From: Thermodesulfobacteriota bacterium
GTDB lineage: Bacteria; Desulfobacterota; Desulfobulbia; Desulfobulbales; SURF-16
DNA length: 64,000 bases
Assembly (NCBI GenBank): GCA_039715015.1
Contig: JBDLIE010000010.1
Location: forward strand, 9,514-73,513
Reading direction: 5' to 3'
The position numbers and the translations under genes are program-made. The notes beneath the pieces are model-generated. The model saw only the letters and a list, made by a program, of their open reading frames with translations, was not told the DNA's origin and searched no databases. Positions 20,324 through 31,166 of the stretch are shown here, one piece after another. The first letter of the stretch is position 1. Each line of letters opens with the position of its first letter.

Positions 20324-21358
20324 TTATTTGTCAAAAAGGGAAAGATAGTCGCCATAGCCCTGTTCTGCAAGCTTCTCCTTGGGGACAAAGCGCAGGGATG
20401 CGGAGTTTATGCAGTAGCGCAGGCCAGTGGGCTTGGGGCCATCGTTAAAGACATGGCCCAGGTGGCTGTTGCCCTTGATGCCGCGTACCTCGGTGCGGAC
20501 GCTCCACAGGCTGCGGTCCTCCACCTCCTTGATGGCCTCTGGTTTCAGGGGCCTGGTGAAGCTGGGCCAGCCGGTGCCCGACTTATACTTGTCCGTGGAG
20601 CTAAAGAGCGGATCGCCGGAGACGATATCCACATAGATGCCCTCCTTCTTATTGTCCCAATACTCGTTATTAAAGGGCGGCTCCGTGCCGTTTTTGCGCA
20701 CCACCTTATACTGCAGAGCGGTGAGCCGCTTTTTTAACTCAGCCTCGCCATCTCCCACCTCTTTTTTCCAGGTTTTTTCGAGAAAATCATCACGTCCGGA
20801 GCGGTAGCGATAGTATTTATAGCGCACCGGGCTCTCCTTATAATAATCCTGATGATACTCCTCTGCGGCATAGAAGGGCTGGGCTTTTAGGATGGGGGTA
20901 ACAATCTTCTTGCTATAGCGTCCGCTCTTATCCAGGGCATCCAGTGAGGCCTGGGCAAGCTGGCGCTGCTCCTCTGAATGGTAAAAGATGGCTGTGGTGT
21001 ACTGGCCGCCCCTATCGACAAACTGGCCGCCGCTATCCGTGGGATCCACCTGCCGCCAGAAGACGTCCAGAAGCTGTTCATAGCTCACCTTTTGCGGGTC
21101 ATACTCCACCTGCACCACCTCAAGATGGCCGGTTCGGCCGCTGGAAACCTCCGCATAGGTGGGATTTAACGTTTTGCCGCCGCTATAGCCGCTGATCACG
21201 GCTCCGACGCCAGGTAGCTTTTCAAAGGGGGCCTCCATGCACCAGAAGCAGCCTCCGGCAAAGGTCGCCTTCTCAAGGCGCTTGCCAGCCAGTGAGGGGA
21301 CGGGAAGGGCCAAAAGAAAGAGCAGGGAGCAACATAATTTTTTAGCGAGTCCTGTCAT
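20324..21358 (-). CDS. msrAB: Exported bifunctional methionine sulfoxide reductase MsrA/MsrB
   Basis: Signal peptide; [40 protein letters not shown]. Confidence 0.95.
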   Translation of the reverse strand: MTGLAKKLCCSLLFLLALPVPSLAGKRLEKATFAGGCFWCMEAPFEKLPGVGAVISGYSGGKTLNPTYAEVSSGRTGHLEVVQVEYDPQKVSYEQLLDVFWRQVDPTDSGGQFVDRGGQYTTAIFYHSEEQRQLAQASLDALDKSGRYSKKIVTPILKAQPFYAAEEYHQDYYKESPVRYKYYRYRSGRDDFLEKTWKKEVGDGEAELKKRLTALQYKVVRKNGTEPPFNNEYWDNKKEGIYVDIVSGDPLFSSTDKYKSGTGWPSFTRPLKPEAIKEVEDRSLWSVRTEVRGIKGNSHLGHVFNDGPKPTGLRYCINSASLRFVPKEKLAEQGYGDYLSLFDK

Positions 21359-21416
21359 GGTGGTTAACCTCCCGATAATAAAGGTTTTTTAAATTTTTAT
21401 GATTTGCTTTAAATTC

Positions 21417-21547
21417 TTAATATAATCTTAACATTTCTCTGCCATAGTTCTCAGTTCCTATGAATGAGGACTGGTTGGTCGCCTGAATGTTCCGTTGATA
21501 AGGCATTAGCCATGCAACCGTAATGTTTTTTTAATATTTTCATAACA
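21417..21547 (+). promoter_or_regulatory. Putative Pho boxes upstream of pstS
   Basis: Hexamers at 11-bp spacing: TTAATA/TTAACA (21417, 21428) and GCCATG/GTAATG/TTAATA/ATAACA (21509, 21520, 21531, 21542). Confidence 0.55.
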
Positions 21548-21642
21548 TGGGCCTGGCAATATGCCCCCGTATCTATGATTACGGGCCAGAAACAGCCCGT
21601 CACAGGCATCATTCGCCGTCATATAAAACAGGAGAAACTGCC

Positions 21643-22623
21643 ATGAAGCCATTTATCCGTCCCTTAGCCTATGCAGCCCTTTTTTGCTCGGCAACCGTTA
21701 TCTGTGCCCACTCTGCCCTGGCCGCTATTGAGGTCGACCCAAAAATAAAAATGTATGAGAAGACCCGGGGAGTTTCCGGCAATCTCGATTCCATTGGCTC
21801 TGATACCCTTAATAACCTGATGACCTATTGGGCGGAAACATTCCGGAAAAAATACCCTAATGTCAGAATTCAGGTAGAGGGCAAGGGTTCTTCCACGGCT
21901 CCACCAGCGCTCATTGCCGGTACGGCCCAGCTTGGCCCCATGTCCCGCAAGATGAAGAACGTTGAGGAAGACAAGTTTGAGAAAAAATATGGCTTTAAGC
22001 CCACCAGGATCGGCGTGGCCCTCGACTCCCTGGCTATCTATGTCAATAAGGACAATCCGCTAGATTCCATGTCCCTGCCCCAGGTTGACGCCATTTTCTC
22101 CAAGACCAGAAAGGCCGGCATGAAGGATATCTCCACCTGGGGTCAGTTTGGATTAAGCGGTCAGTGGCAGCAGTCGCCGATCAGTGTCTATGGCCGTAAT
22201 TCCGCATCCGGCACCTATGGCTATTTCAAAAAGAAGGCCCTGTTTAAGGGTGACTTTAAAGACACGGTCAAGGAGCAGCCCGGTTCCGCCTCTGTTGTTA
22301 TGGGTGTTACCGAGGATATGGCAGGTATTGGTTATTCCGGCATTGGCTACCGCACCTCCGGTGTTAAGGCCCTGTCTCTTGCCAAGAAAGATGGCGGCAA
22401 GGCCTATTTTCCCAGTTACAATAATGTCCTGAGCGGCAAATATCCGCTGGCCCGGACCTTATATATCTATGTGGTCAAGGAGCCCAATAAGCCCCTGCCC
22501 AATCTTACCAAGGAATTTCTGAAGTTTATCCTTTCCAAGGAAGGACAGGAGATTGTGGTCAAGGATGGTTATCTGCCTCTGCCTGCCAAGGTTGTCGAAA
22601 AGCAACTGGCCATTTTAAATTAA
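21643..22623 (+). CDS. pstS: Phosphate ABC transporter substrate-binding protein
   Basis: [26 protein letters not shown]; start chosen after the AGGAG RBS. Confidence 0.93.
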   Translation: MKPFIRPLAYAALFCSATVICAHSALAAIEVDPKIKMYEKTRGVSGNLDSIGSDTLNNLMTYWAETFRKKYPNVRIQVEGKGSSTAPPALIAGTAQLGPMSRKMKNVEEDKFEKKYGFKPTRIGVALDSLAIYVNKDNPLDSMSLPQVDAIFSKTRKAGMKDISTWGQFGLSGQWQQSPISVYGRNSASGTYGYFKKKALFKGDFKDTVKEQPGSASVVMGVTEDMAGIGYSGIGYRTSGVKALSLAKKDGGKAYFPSYNNVLSGKYPLARTLYIYVVKEPNKPLPNLTKEFLKFILSKEGQEIVVKDGYLPLPAKVVEKQLAILN

Positions 22624-22739
22624 GATCAATCCACTTTTTTCCAGGTAAGACGAGGAGGGGGTCCGCTTTGTCACTCTCCTTGTCTTATATTTAATTGTTG
22701 TGCAAATCTGGTTGATTTAGTCAGGAGTAATTTACACGC

Positions 22740-24944
22740 ATGGACCCCCGCCTGCTTCGCAGAAATAAACAGCTTGATACCCTTGCCCGCCACGTCATCA
22801 CCGTTGGCGGCATTGCTGTTATTTTCAGTGTCATCGCCATTCTCTTTCTTATTTTTAAGGTGACTATTCCTCTCTTTAAGCCAGCCTCGGTTGATGAACT
22901 CTTCCACCTTTCCTTGCAGGGTAAGGCAGCAGAAATTCTGGCTGTGGGTCTTGATGATTATCAGGAAAACATCTACACCATTAATAAGCAGGGCATGCTC
23001 CATTTTCAGCCATTATCCTCGCCTGATAAAGGCTCCTTTGTAGATTTTTCCTCTGGTACTGCCAAAACTGTTAGGCATCTTGCTCCAGCCGCCCCTGGTC
23101 GCTTTTCCCTGCTTTGGGAGGACGGCAGCCTGACCCTTGTGGCCATCAATTTTCAACCCCATTTTGATCAGGATGGCCAGCGTACCATTGTCCCCTCTGC
23201 AGAGATCTTGTTTGAACTACCCGCTCCGCAATCATCAACGCCCATCACCTCCAGTTTCTTTCGTCAGGATGAAGAAGAAGGCCTGTTGCTTCGGGTTAAT
23301 CACCATGCCGACAACAGCTTTTCCATTTGGCAGCAAATAAAGAGTGAGGACCTTTTTGGCGACGAGTCCCTTGAGCACTCAACCAGCCTGATTGAGCCTT
23401 ATTTTGAGGCTATTACTGCCTTTGCCTTAAGCAGCGACGGCCGTTCTCTGTTTGCCGGAACCGCCGGCGGTACACTTTTGCGTTGGGATATTGACGAATC
23501 AATAACGCTGACTGATACAGTTCCCGCCTTTAACGAACCGATTACTGCCATGACCATGGTGTTTGGTTCCCAGTCTTTGGCAGTGGGCACCAAGAGTGGT
23601 GCCATGAGTACCTGGATGGGGGTGCGTGACAGCGCTGTGAGCGAGACCAAGAAACTTCGCAAAATCCACAATTTAAAACAGCACGCCTATCCTGTTTTTG
23701 CCATTTTACCTTCCCAGCGCGATAAGTCCCTGGTTTCCATTGGCCGCGACGGCCCTCTTCATCTCGATCATATGACCAGCGAGCGCCATCTTTTGCAGAT
23801 GAAGGGGCCTTATCTCCAGGCTGCCCTGTCCTCCAGGGGCTCTGGAGTTATTACCCTGGACAGCAAGGGCGCCTTACGGGTCCATGCCCTGCATAACCCC
23901 CATCCTGAGGTGAGCCTTCGCACCCTCTTTGGCCAGGTCTGGTATGAGAACTACGATACACCGGATTATGTCTGGCAGTCCTCTGCCGGTAGCGATGATT
24001 TTGAGGCGAAGTTTTCCATAACCCCCCTTCTGTTCGGCACCATTAAGGGCACCCTGTACGCCATGATATTTGCCCTTCCCCTGGCCACTTTCGGCGCCGT
24101 GTATGTCAGCCAGTTTGCCCCTCCCCATCTTCAGCGCCTTATTAAACCGCTGGTTGAGGTCATGGCCTCAGTACCTTCTGTTGTCATCGGTTTTCTTATT
24201 GCCCTGGTGCTGGCCCCTTTTATAGAGGCGCAGATCGTGCCGCTTCTTTTAAGTTTTCTTTTCTTGCCCGCTGGTTTTCTCATATTTATTCTCTGCTGGC
24301 AGTATGGCCAGCGCTATACAGCAGTGCGCGAGTTACGCCATGGCTATGAATTTATCCTGATTTTGCCGGTTTTGCTTGTCAGCGCCTATCTCTCTTATCT
24401 TTTGGGGCCGGTGATAGAGAACCTTCTTTTTGACGGTAATTTCAGCCACTTTCTCTTTCAAAATACAGGCAGCCGTTACGATCAGCGCAACTGTATTATA
24501 ATTGCCTTTGGCCTTGGCTTTACCGTTATTCCCATCATTTTTTCCATTGCCGAGGACTCACTTTCAAATATCCCTCCGAGCCTTACCGCAGCTTCCATGG
24601 CCCTGGGTGCCAGCCGCTGGCAGACCGTTTGGCGTGTCATTTTACCCTCTGCCAGTCCCGGTATTTTTGCCGGGGCAATGATCGGCCTTGGCCGTGCCGT
24701 TGGTGAGACCATGATCGTCCTTATGGCCACCGGAAATACGCCTATTATGGATTTTTCCATTTTTAACGGCATGCGCACCCTTTCCGCCAATATTGCCGTG
24801 GAAATTCCCGAGGCCCCGGTGGACAGCACCCTATACCGTGTTCTTTTCCTGTGCGCGGTGTTGCTTTTTGTTATGACTTTTTTGGTTAATACCGGCGCTG
24901 AGCTTATCCGTGAAAGGCTTCGCAAGAAATATGTGCAGTACTGA
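22740..24944 (+). CDS. pstC: Phosphate ABC transporter permease with a large beta-propeller-like extracytoplasmic domain
   Basis: ASVPSVV, ALGASRWQT, GRAVGETM; WD40-like repeats in the N-terminal half. Confidence 0.9.
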   Translation: MDPRLLRRNKQLDTLARHVITVGGIAVIFSVIAILFLIFKVTIPLFKPASVDELFHLSLQGKAAEILAVGLDDYQENIYTINKQGMLHFQPLSSPDKGSFVDFSSGTAKTVRHLAPAAPGRFSLLWEDGSLTLVAINFQPHFDQDGQRTIVPSAEILFELPAPQSSTPITSSFFRQDEEEGLLLRVNHHADNSFSIWQQIKSEDLFGDESLEHSTSLIEPYFEAITAFALSSDGRSLFAGTAGGTLLRWDIDESITLTDTVPAFNEPITAMTMVFGSQSLAVGTKSGAMSTWMGVRDSAVSETKKLRKIHNLKQHAYPVFAILPSQRDKSLVSIGRDGPLHLDHMTSERHLLQMKGPYLQAALSSRGSGVITLDSKGALRVHALHNPHPEVSLRTLFGQVWYENYDTPDYVWQSSAGSDDFEAKFSITPLLFGTIKGTLYAMIFALPLATFGAVYVSQFAPPHLQRLIKPLVEVMASVPSVVIGFLIALVLAPFIEAQIVPLLLSFLFLPAGFLIFILCWQYGQRYTAVRELRHGYEFILILPVLLVSAYLSYLLGPVIENLLFDGNFSHFLFQNTGSRYDQRNCIIIAFGLGFTVIPIIFSIAEDSLSNIPPSLTAASMALGASRWQTVWRVILPSASPGIFAGAMIGLGRAVGETMIVLMATGNTPIMDFSIFNGMRTLSANIAVEIPEAPVDSTLYRVLFLCAVLLFVMTFLVNTGAELIRERLRKKYVQY

Positions 24945-24973
24945 TCCATGCTGTTTTAAGATTGAAAAAGATT

Positions 24974-26560
24974 ATGAAAAATAAATTCTGGCAGAATGGC
25001 GAACCCTTTGTGTGGGGAACCGGGGCGGCATTGACCCTTATCCTCCTTCTTACCTTTTATCTGCTCTTTATCATTTTTAAAAATGGCATCGCCGTTTATT
25101 GGCCTTGCCCCCTGGTTCTTTTTGATATGGAGGATGGCAGTTCCTATCTCGGCGAGGTCGTTAAGGATAACGAGTATGATAATAAATTACGCCACCAGGT
25201 TAAAATTGCCAACCGGGACCTATACTCCTTAGATTTCAAATGGATTGACGCTTCTGCTATCTCCCAGAAAAGCACACCCAAAGATGCCACTGTTCTTGAA
25301 CGTGACGAATACGGTAATTTTCATGGCTTTTTGTCCTCTTTGAACCTGCCTAATCTCTCTGTTAAAGATGGTGTGCTGTGGCCCCGTTTTACCGCCGCCC
25401 TTGCTGCCTTGGCACCTGATACTGCCAAAATTGAAGACATTCAGGATGAGTTGAAGCGCCTCAACTATCGTCTTGAACGCCTTGATTTGAAAATTGCCAA
25501 AAGGACCTATGATGGCGAGGTAGGTACCCCTGTTCTCCTTGATCTCATGAAAAAAAAGGAGTCTCTCCATCATGACTTTGATCTCTTAGTTGCCCGTCTC
25601 GCCTCCCTTGAAGCGAAATTGCTGAAAAACACAGCCCTCTTTAAAGATGCCACTGGCCAGGAACAGGTTATCCCCCTTGCCTCCATTGTCCGGGCCTACA
25701 GACCCAATGACATGTCCGTATTTGCTAAGGCTTTTATCTATCTTGACAAAGTTTGGGAGCTCTTTTTTGCTGAACCCCGTGAATCCAACACTGAGGGGGG
25801 CCTTTTCCCGGCTATTTTCGGGACCATTATTCTCATTTTTATTATGAGTATTCTGTCCTTTCCCCTTGGCGTTCTTGCTGGGATCTATTTGCGCGAATAT
25901 GCCAAGGAAGGATTTCTTGTTCGCCTGGTTCGAATTGCCGTCAACAATCTTGCCGGTATCCCCTCCATTGTTTACGGTATTTTCGGCCTCGCTTTTTTTG
26001 TTTATGGTATTGGTTCATCAATCGACCAGCTTTTCTTCCCACAGTATCTGCCCGCTCCCACCTTTGGTACCGGAGGTATTCTGTGGGCCAGCCTTACCCT
26101 GGGCCTCCTTACTGTGCCTGTGGTCATCGTTGCAACCGAAGAGGCATTGGGTGCTATCCCCAGCGGCCTGCGGGAATCGTCCTTTGCCCTTGGCTCAACC
26201 AAGTTTCAGACCTTGACCCGCATCCTCCTCCCCATGGCTTCCCCAGGCATTATGACCGGCTTTATTCTGGCCATGGCCCGTGCCGCCGGCGAGGTTGCGC
26301 CACTCATGATTACAGGGGTCGTCAAGCTTGCCCCTTCCCTGCCCCTGGATGCTAACTTCCCGTTTTTTCACCTGGATCGCAAGTTTATGCATCTAGGATT
26401 TCATATTTACGATATTGGTTTCCAGTCTCCCAATGTCGAGGCTGCCAAACCAATGGTCTTTGTGACCACGCTCCTTCTTCTTGGCATTGTTATTCTGATG
26501 ACCAGCTCGGCAATCGTTCTACGCAATAAGATGAAAAAGAAGTTTGCTGTAACCCATTGA
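24974..26560 (+). CDS. pstA: Phosphate ABC transporter permease
   Basis: GGLFPAIFGT, NLAGIPSIVYG, ARAAGEVAP. Confidence 0.92.
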   Translation: MKNKFWQNGEPFVWGTGAALTLILLLTFYLLFIIFKNGIAVYWPCPLVLFDMEDGSSYLGEVVKDNEYDNKLRHQVKIANRDLYSLDFKWIDASAISQKSTPKDATVLERDEYGNFHGFLSSLNLPNLSVKDGVLWPRFTAALAALAPDTAKIEDIQDELKRLNYRLERLDLKIAKRTYDGEVGTPVLLDLMKKKESLHHDFDLLVARLASLEAKLLKNTALFKDATGQEQVIPLASIVRAYRPNDMSVFAKAFIYLDKVWELFFAEPRESNTEGGLFPAIFGTIILIFIMSILSFPLGVLAGIYLREYAKEGFLVRLVRIAVNNLAGIPSIVYGIFGLAFFVYGIGSSIDQLFFPQYLPAPTFGTGGILWASLTLGLLTVPVVIVATEEALGAIPSGLRESSFALGSTKFQTLTRILLPMASPGIMTGFILAMARAAGEVAPLMITGVVKLAPSLPLDANFPFFHLDRKFMHLGFHIYDIGFQSPNVEAAKPMVFVTTLLLLGIVILMTSSAIVLRNKMKKKFAVTH

Positions 26561-26576
26561 TTGAGAACATATAATT

Positions 26577-27371
26577 ATGACTATGAATGATCCAGAACAG
26601 GCCATTGTTGCTATTGATGACCCCATTGTTCAGATGGAGGATCTTTGCCTCTATTATGGTCAGGCCCAGGCCCTTTTTGACCTTACCTTTGATATTCCCC
26701 GCCATCAGGTTACGGCCCTCATCGGCCCTTCCGGTTGCGGGAAGTCCACCTTTATCCGCTGCATTAACAGGATGAATGATCTTATTGACGGTTTGAGCAC
26801 AACGGGCTCTATTAATCTTGATGGCGTTAATATTTTTGATCGGGCAGTGGACGTTATTGATCTGCGGCGGCGGGTGGGTATGGTGTTTCAGAAGTCAAAT
26901 CCCTTTCCTAAGTCCATCTATGAGAATGTCATATTCGGCATGCGTATTGGTGGAGTGAGTGAAAAACCCATTCTCGACGAGACTGTTGAAAAATCTCTCC
27001 GCCGGGCCGCCCTTTGGGATGAGGTAAAGGACAGGCTTCATGATTCTGCCATGGGCCTTTCCGGTGGCCAGATGCAACGACTTTGTATTGCTCGCGCCAT
27101 TGCAGTTTCACCGGAGGTTATCCTGATGGATGAACCCTGTTCTGCTTTGGACCCTCGCTCTACTGCCCATATTGAGGACCTTATTCGTGATTTAAATGGG
27201 GAATACACTATCATTATTGTTACCCATAATATGCAACAGGCTTCGCGTATTTCCGACTATACCGCCTTTCTTTACGAGGGAGAATTAATTGAATTCGGCC
27301 ACACCAAAAAGGTGTTTACCGTTCCTGTCAAAAAGGCGACTGAAGACTATATAACCGGCCGTTTCGGCTAA
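26577..27371 (+). CDS. pstB: Phosphate ABC transporter ATPase
   Basis: [33 protein letters not shown]. Confidence 0.96.
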   Translation: MTMNDPEQAIVAIDDPIVQMEDLCLYYGQAQALFDLTFDIPRHQVTALIGPSGCGKSTFIRCINRMNDLIDGLSTTGSINLDGVNIFDRAVDVIDLRRRVGMVFQKSNPFPKSIYENVIFGMRIGGVSEKPILDETVEKSLRRAALWDEVKDRLHDSAMGLSGGQMQRLCIARAIAVSPEVILMDEPCSALDPRSTAHIEDLIRDLNGEYTIIIVTHNMQQASRISDYTAFLYEGELIEFGHTKKVFTVPVKKATEDYITGRFG

Positions 27372-27381
27372 GAGGTGATCC

Positions 27382-28062
27382 GTGACTTCCGATATCCATT
27401 CATCCATCGACACCCTCAAACAACACCTTATTTATTTAGGAACTGTGGTTGAAGAGGGCATAAAAAACAGCATAAAGGCTTTTCACACCTTTGATGCCAC
27501 CCTTGCTGCTGAGATACAGAAAGCTGACTCGAAGATTAACGCCCTTGAGGTTAATGTGGAGGAGGATTGTCTTAAGATTCTTGCCCTTCATCAGCCTGTG
27601 GCCAGCGATTTACGCTTTGTGGTTACGGCCCTGAAGATGAACCGTGAGCTGGAACGTATCGGTGATCTGGCCTGCAAGGTCGCTGATAAGGTTATCCTTC
27701 TTGATGCTGCACGGAAACATGACAAAAATCCAAGCAATATAACCATTCCTGCTGATTTTGAGCAAATGTTCTCCACCACCCTTTCCATGTTCAGCAGCTG
27801 CCTTGATGCCTTTGTCAATGAGGACTCTGACCTTGCCTATCGCATCTGTCTTCTGGATGATGAGGTGGACGAGGCAAAGCGCACCATTCGTAAGGAACTC
27901 GATGAGATCGTCGCTCATGACCAGAAACAGAGGGTTTATCTGCCCATGCTTCTTTCAATTGCCCGTGGCACTGAGCGTATTGCAGACCATACTACCAATA
28001 CAGCTGAAGATATTATCTATATGCTCCAGGGGCGTATAGTTAGGCACGAAGAAGCGATCTAG
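27382..28062 (+). CDS. phoU: Phosphate signalling protein PhoU
   Basis: QPVASDLR, LERIGD, ERIADH. Confidence 0.93.
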   Translation: MTSDIHSSIDTLKQHLIYLGTVVEEGIKNSIKAFHTFDATLAAEIQKADSKINALEVNVEEDCLKILALHQPVASDLRFVVTALKMNRELERIGDLACKVADKVILLDAARKHDKNPSNITIPADFEQMFSTTLSMFSSCLDAFVNEDSDLAYRICLLDDEVDEAKRTIRKELDEIVAHDQKQRVYLPMLLSIARGTERIADHTTNTAEDIIYMLQGRIVRHEEAI

Positions 28063-28070
28063 AGACGATC

Positions 28071-28781
28071 ATGGAAACTCAACCCGCCATACTCGTCATC
28101 GAGGACGAGGAGGATATCCAGCAGCTCGTTACCTATAACCTGGTAAAGGCTGGTTTTCAGGTCATTTGTGCCGATGATGGCGAGGTCGGCCTCCAATCCT
28201 TTGTGGGCAAGAAACCAGATCTTGTCGTTCTTGACCTTATGCTGCCAGGCATTGATGGGCTCTCTGTATGTAAGGAGTTCCGCCTTACTCACAAGAGCGA
28301 TATCCCTGTTCTCATGCTTACTGCCAAGGGCGAGGAGGAAGATATTGTCGCTGGTCTTGCCGCTGGCGCTGATGACTATCTTGCCAAGCCCTTTAGCCCC
28401 AAGGTGCTTATTGCCCGGATTAATGCTCTTTTGCGGCGCAGTCATCTTGCCAGTTCCGCGGACGAAGGTGACGAGGCAAAGCTCATTTTTTCAGCTCTGC
28501 AACTTACCATCGTTCCTCAGCGCTATGAGGTGTCAGTTGCTGACCAGAATATTCACCTTACCCACTCCGAATTTCAGATTCTTCTACTGCTGGCCAAAAA
28601 GCCAGGCTGGGTCTACAGCCGACAGCAAATCATCAATGATATTAGGGGTTTTGATTATAGTTTGACCGAGCGCGCCATAGATGTTTTGATCTCAGGACTT
28701 CGTAAAAAGCTTCTTTCTGCCGCTTCGGCCATCAGCACAGTGCGGGGGGTCGGCTATCGCTTTTCAGAACATCCCTCATAA
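28071..28781 (+). CDS. phoB: OmpR/PhoB-family response regulator
   Basis: Receiver domain (LDLMLP, GADDYLAKPF) plus winged helix (TVRGVGY); located in the pst operon. Confidence 0.82.
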   Translation: METQPAILVIEDEEDIQQLVTYNLVKAGFQVICADDGEVGLQSFVGKKPDLVVLDLMLPGIDGLSVCKEFRLTHKSDIPVLMLTAKGEEEDIVAGLAAGADDYLAKPFSPKVLIARINALLRRSHLASSADEGDEAKLIFSALQLTIVPQRYEVSVADQNIHLTHSEFQILLLLAKKPGWVYSRQQIINDIRGFDYSLTERAIDVLISGLRKKLLSAASAISTVRGVGYRFSEHPS

Positions 28782-28866
28782 AAGCAAGGTTTACTCATCT
28801 GCCCTCTTTTGGTAGAGTTGTTTTTTTGTGCGAAACCTTTTTTATAACTATGCCTCTTTATATATT

Positions 28867-29298
28867 ATGAATACCAAGATATATGTCCTGCATTTCCCCA
28901 AGGAGACAGGTGATAAGCCTATCATCTGTGAACTGGTTAAGAAGTTCGATATTGATTTCAATATCCTCAAGGCCACAATCCTGCCCGGCAATGACGGCCT
29001 CATGGTCCTTGAACTCACCGGTCATAAAAAGAACGTTAAGAGTGCCCTTGAGTTTTTACAGAATTATGGTGTTAAGATAGAACCCATCTCTACCATTATC
29101 CGCCGCGATGATGAGCTCTGCATACAGTGTGGGGCTTGTACAGGAATCTGCCCCACCAGCGCTCTCTTTGTGGAGCGCCCTGACATGGTAGTTCTTTTTG
29201 CTCCTGATAAGTGCACAGGCTGTGGACTTTGTGTTTCTGTCTGTCCGGTGAGGGCCATGGAGGTCACCATGAACCAAGACGTTCTGCCCGAAGGCTAG
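28867..29298 (+). CDS. NIL-domain plus 2x[4Fe-4S] ferredoxin protein
   Basis: FNILKA; CIQCGACTGICP and CTGCGLCVSVCP. Confidence 0.85.
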   Translation: MNTKIYVLHFPKETGDKPIICELVKKFDIDFNILKATILPGNDGLMVLELTGHKKNVKSALEFLQNYGVKIEPISTIIRRDDELCIQCGACTGICPTSALFVERPDMVVLFAPDKCTGCGLCVSVCPVRAMEVTMNQDVLPEG

Positions 29299-29338
29299 GC
29301 CCGCCCGGCCCTACGCACGCCGCCGCCCCCTCCTTTTT

Positions 29339-29704
29339 TTATACCAGTATCGTATCCGCATGCCCATAGGCTGGTGCACAACAACACATGACCACCAGGT
29401 CTTCGTTGTTCGTATTCTCTAAACCATGCACCTGGCCTGGCATGATCACGATTGACACCCCTTTTTCTATCTCATACCTTTTATCTTCTATCCTTAACAG
29501 CCCCTTCCCTGCCATCACCACATACACCTCTTCACTTTTTTTGTGATAATGTGGTTCGGTTTTCATTCCAGGCTTAATCCTTGCCTCAGCCACACTTATT
29601 TTTTTATTGTCTTGATGTTGAGGGTGGATCATTTCTCTTATTTCAGATCCGTCTTTAGTGATATATTCTTTTATGCTACCATACCGGCTTATCTTATTAA
29701 CCAT
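29339..29704 (-). CDS. Cupin-domain protein
   Basis: PHYHKKSEEVY..G.G; PGQVH. Confidence 0.85.
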   Translation of the reverse strand: MVNKISRYGSIKEYITKDGSEIREMIHPQHQDNKKISVAEARIKPGMKTEPHYHKKSEEVYVVMAGKGLLRIEDKRYEIEKGVSIVIMPGQVHGLENTNNEDLVVMCCCAPAYGHADTILV

Positions 29705-29727
29705 TACGCCCTCTTTTAAAAGTTCCT

Positions 29728-30864
29728 ATGTCTTCTTTTTTTCCGATTAACCAAGAACGTCTGGCACACTATTTTATAACCCTTTGCGAGATTGATAGCC
29801 CAGGAAAAGCGGAGGCTAAGGTTGCCGCGTATCTCATAGATTTTTTTGGTGCATTTCCAGGGGTTTCAGCATTTGTTGATGACTCAGCTTCTGTCACTGG
29901 TTCTGATACAGGTAATCTGGTTGTTTCCCTTCCTGGCACTGATTTAGACAAAAAACCGCTTTTTTTTAATTGTCATATGGACGTTATTGCCCCTTGCCTC
30001 GGGGTAAAAGTGTGCCGCCATAATAATATTTTCACTTCCCAAGGGGATACTGTTCTCGGCGGGGATGATAAGGCTGGGATCGCTATTCTTATGGAGATGA
30101 CCCAGGTTCTTTTTGAGAATAATCTTTCCCATTGCCCCCTTGAGTTCCTTTTTACCACAGGAGAAGAGATTGGTCTTTTAGGCGCTAAGGCCTTCGACCC
30201 TTCACTTTTAAGCGCCAGCATGGGTTTTGCTCTCGATTCGACAGGGGTTGATAACGTTATTGTCGGCGCTCCGGCCGCTGTATATGTAAATGCCGAAATT
30301 TCCGGAAAGGCCGCCCATGCCGGCCTTAACCCACAAGACGGCATTAATGCTATCACACTTGCATCTCGCATTATATCTAGACTTCCAATGGGCCGGCTTG
30401 ATGAGCTTTCCACCGCTAATGTCGGCCTTGTTTCCGGTGGTACGGCAACCAATATTGTTCCTGACTTTGTTCAGTTTCAGGGTGAAATACGGAGCCATTC
30501 TGCTTCACTTTTAGCCCGACACATTGCAGCCTTTCGTAAAGTTTTTACCGAAAATATCAGCTTGCAACCGAACGCAACTCTTCCTTCTTTTTCTCTTAAT
30601 TTCCCAGAGCAATATCCGGCCATGGCCCTCGCAGATGATGAGCCTCTCCTGGCCACGGCCCGGTCTGCCGCCACTTTTCTACAACGAGAACTTGACTATA
30701 TTGTAGCCGGGGGCGGAAGTGATGCTAATGTTTTTAACAGTCGCGGCCTGAGCACCGCAATTCTTGGGGTTGGCATGGAGAATGTGCATTCCACCCATGA
30801 ACTTATTTCCCTCGACAGCCTTGTTCGCACCTTGGAGTTGACCGTTTCGCTCGCAACTTGCTGA
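29728..30864 (+). CDS. M20 family metallopeptidase (peptidase T-like)
   Basis: HMD, LGGDDKAG, EEIGLLG, GGSDAN, H..E. Confidence 0.9.
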   Translation: MSSFFPINQERLAHYFITLCEIDSPGKAEAKVAAYLIDFFGAFPGVSAFVDDSASVTGSDTGNLVVSLPGTDLDKKPLFFNCHMDVIAPCLGVKVCRHNNIFTSQGDTVLGGDDKAGIAILMEMTQVLFENNLSHCPLEFLFTTGEEIGLLGAKAFDPSLLSASMGFALDSTGVDNVIVGAPAAVYVNAEISGKAAHAGLNPQDGINAITLASRIISRLPMGRLDELSTANVGLVSGGTATNIVPDFVQFQGEIRSHSASLLARHIAAFRKVFTENISLQPNATLPSFSLNFPEQYPAMALADDEPLLATARSAATFLQRELDYIVAGGGSDANVFNSRGLSTAILGVGMENVHSTHELISLDSLVRTLELTVSLATC

Positions 30865-30879
30865 TTTTGCCTCATAAAA

Positions 30880-30907
30880 CGTAATTGTTCCACGTGGAAC
30901 AATTACG
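30880..30907. promoter_or_regulatory. parS centromere-like site
   Basis: TGTTCCACGTGGAACA (30886-30901) within a perfect 28-bp palindrome just upstream of parA. Confidence 0.9.
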
Positions 30908-31166
30908 GGAGGCCTGCAAAAAGGCAGTTGGAAAATCGAAATAAGTTGTCATTCGTTAAAAATAGCGTATTCTGTCATAAAGGTCGTCAAGGCCTGCCTT
31001 TTTCCCGACATTTTTAATGCTTTTCGGTGAGCGATGCGAGCCGAATTTTACTGGTGGTCTGTCTGGGCTGGTTGCGCATAAGGCGTACTGGTTCTACCCA
31101 AGGGCCACCTGTCTATAGTAAGTGGGCGCCGTAGGCGGCGTATATTGATTCACAAATAAAATAGAG

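Noticed and set aside
30859..30907. TGC-TGA at the end of the M20 peptidase followed by a hairpin (possible CU selenoprotein)
   Set aside because: The peptidase is already full length and the hairpin is the parS palindrome.
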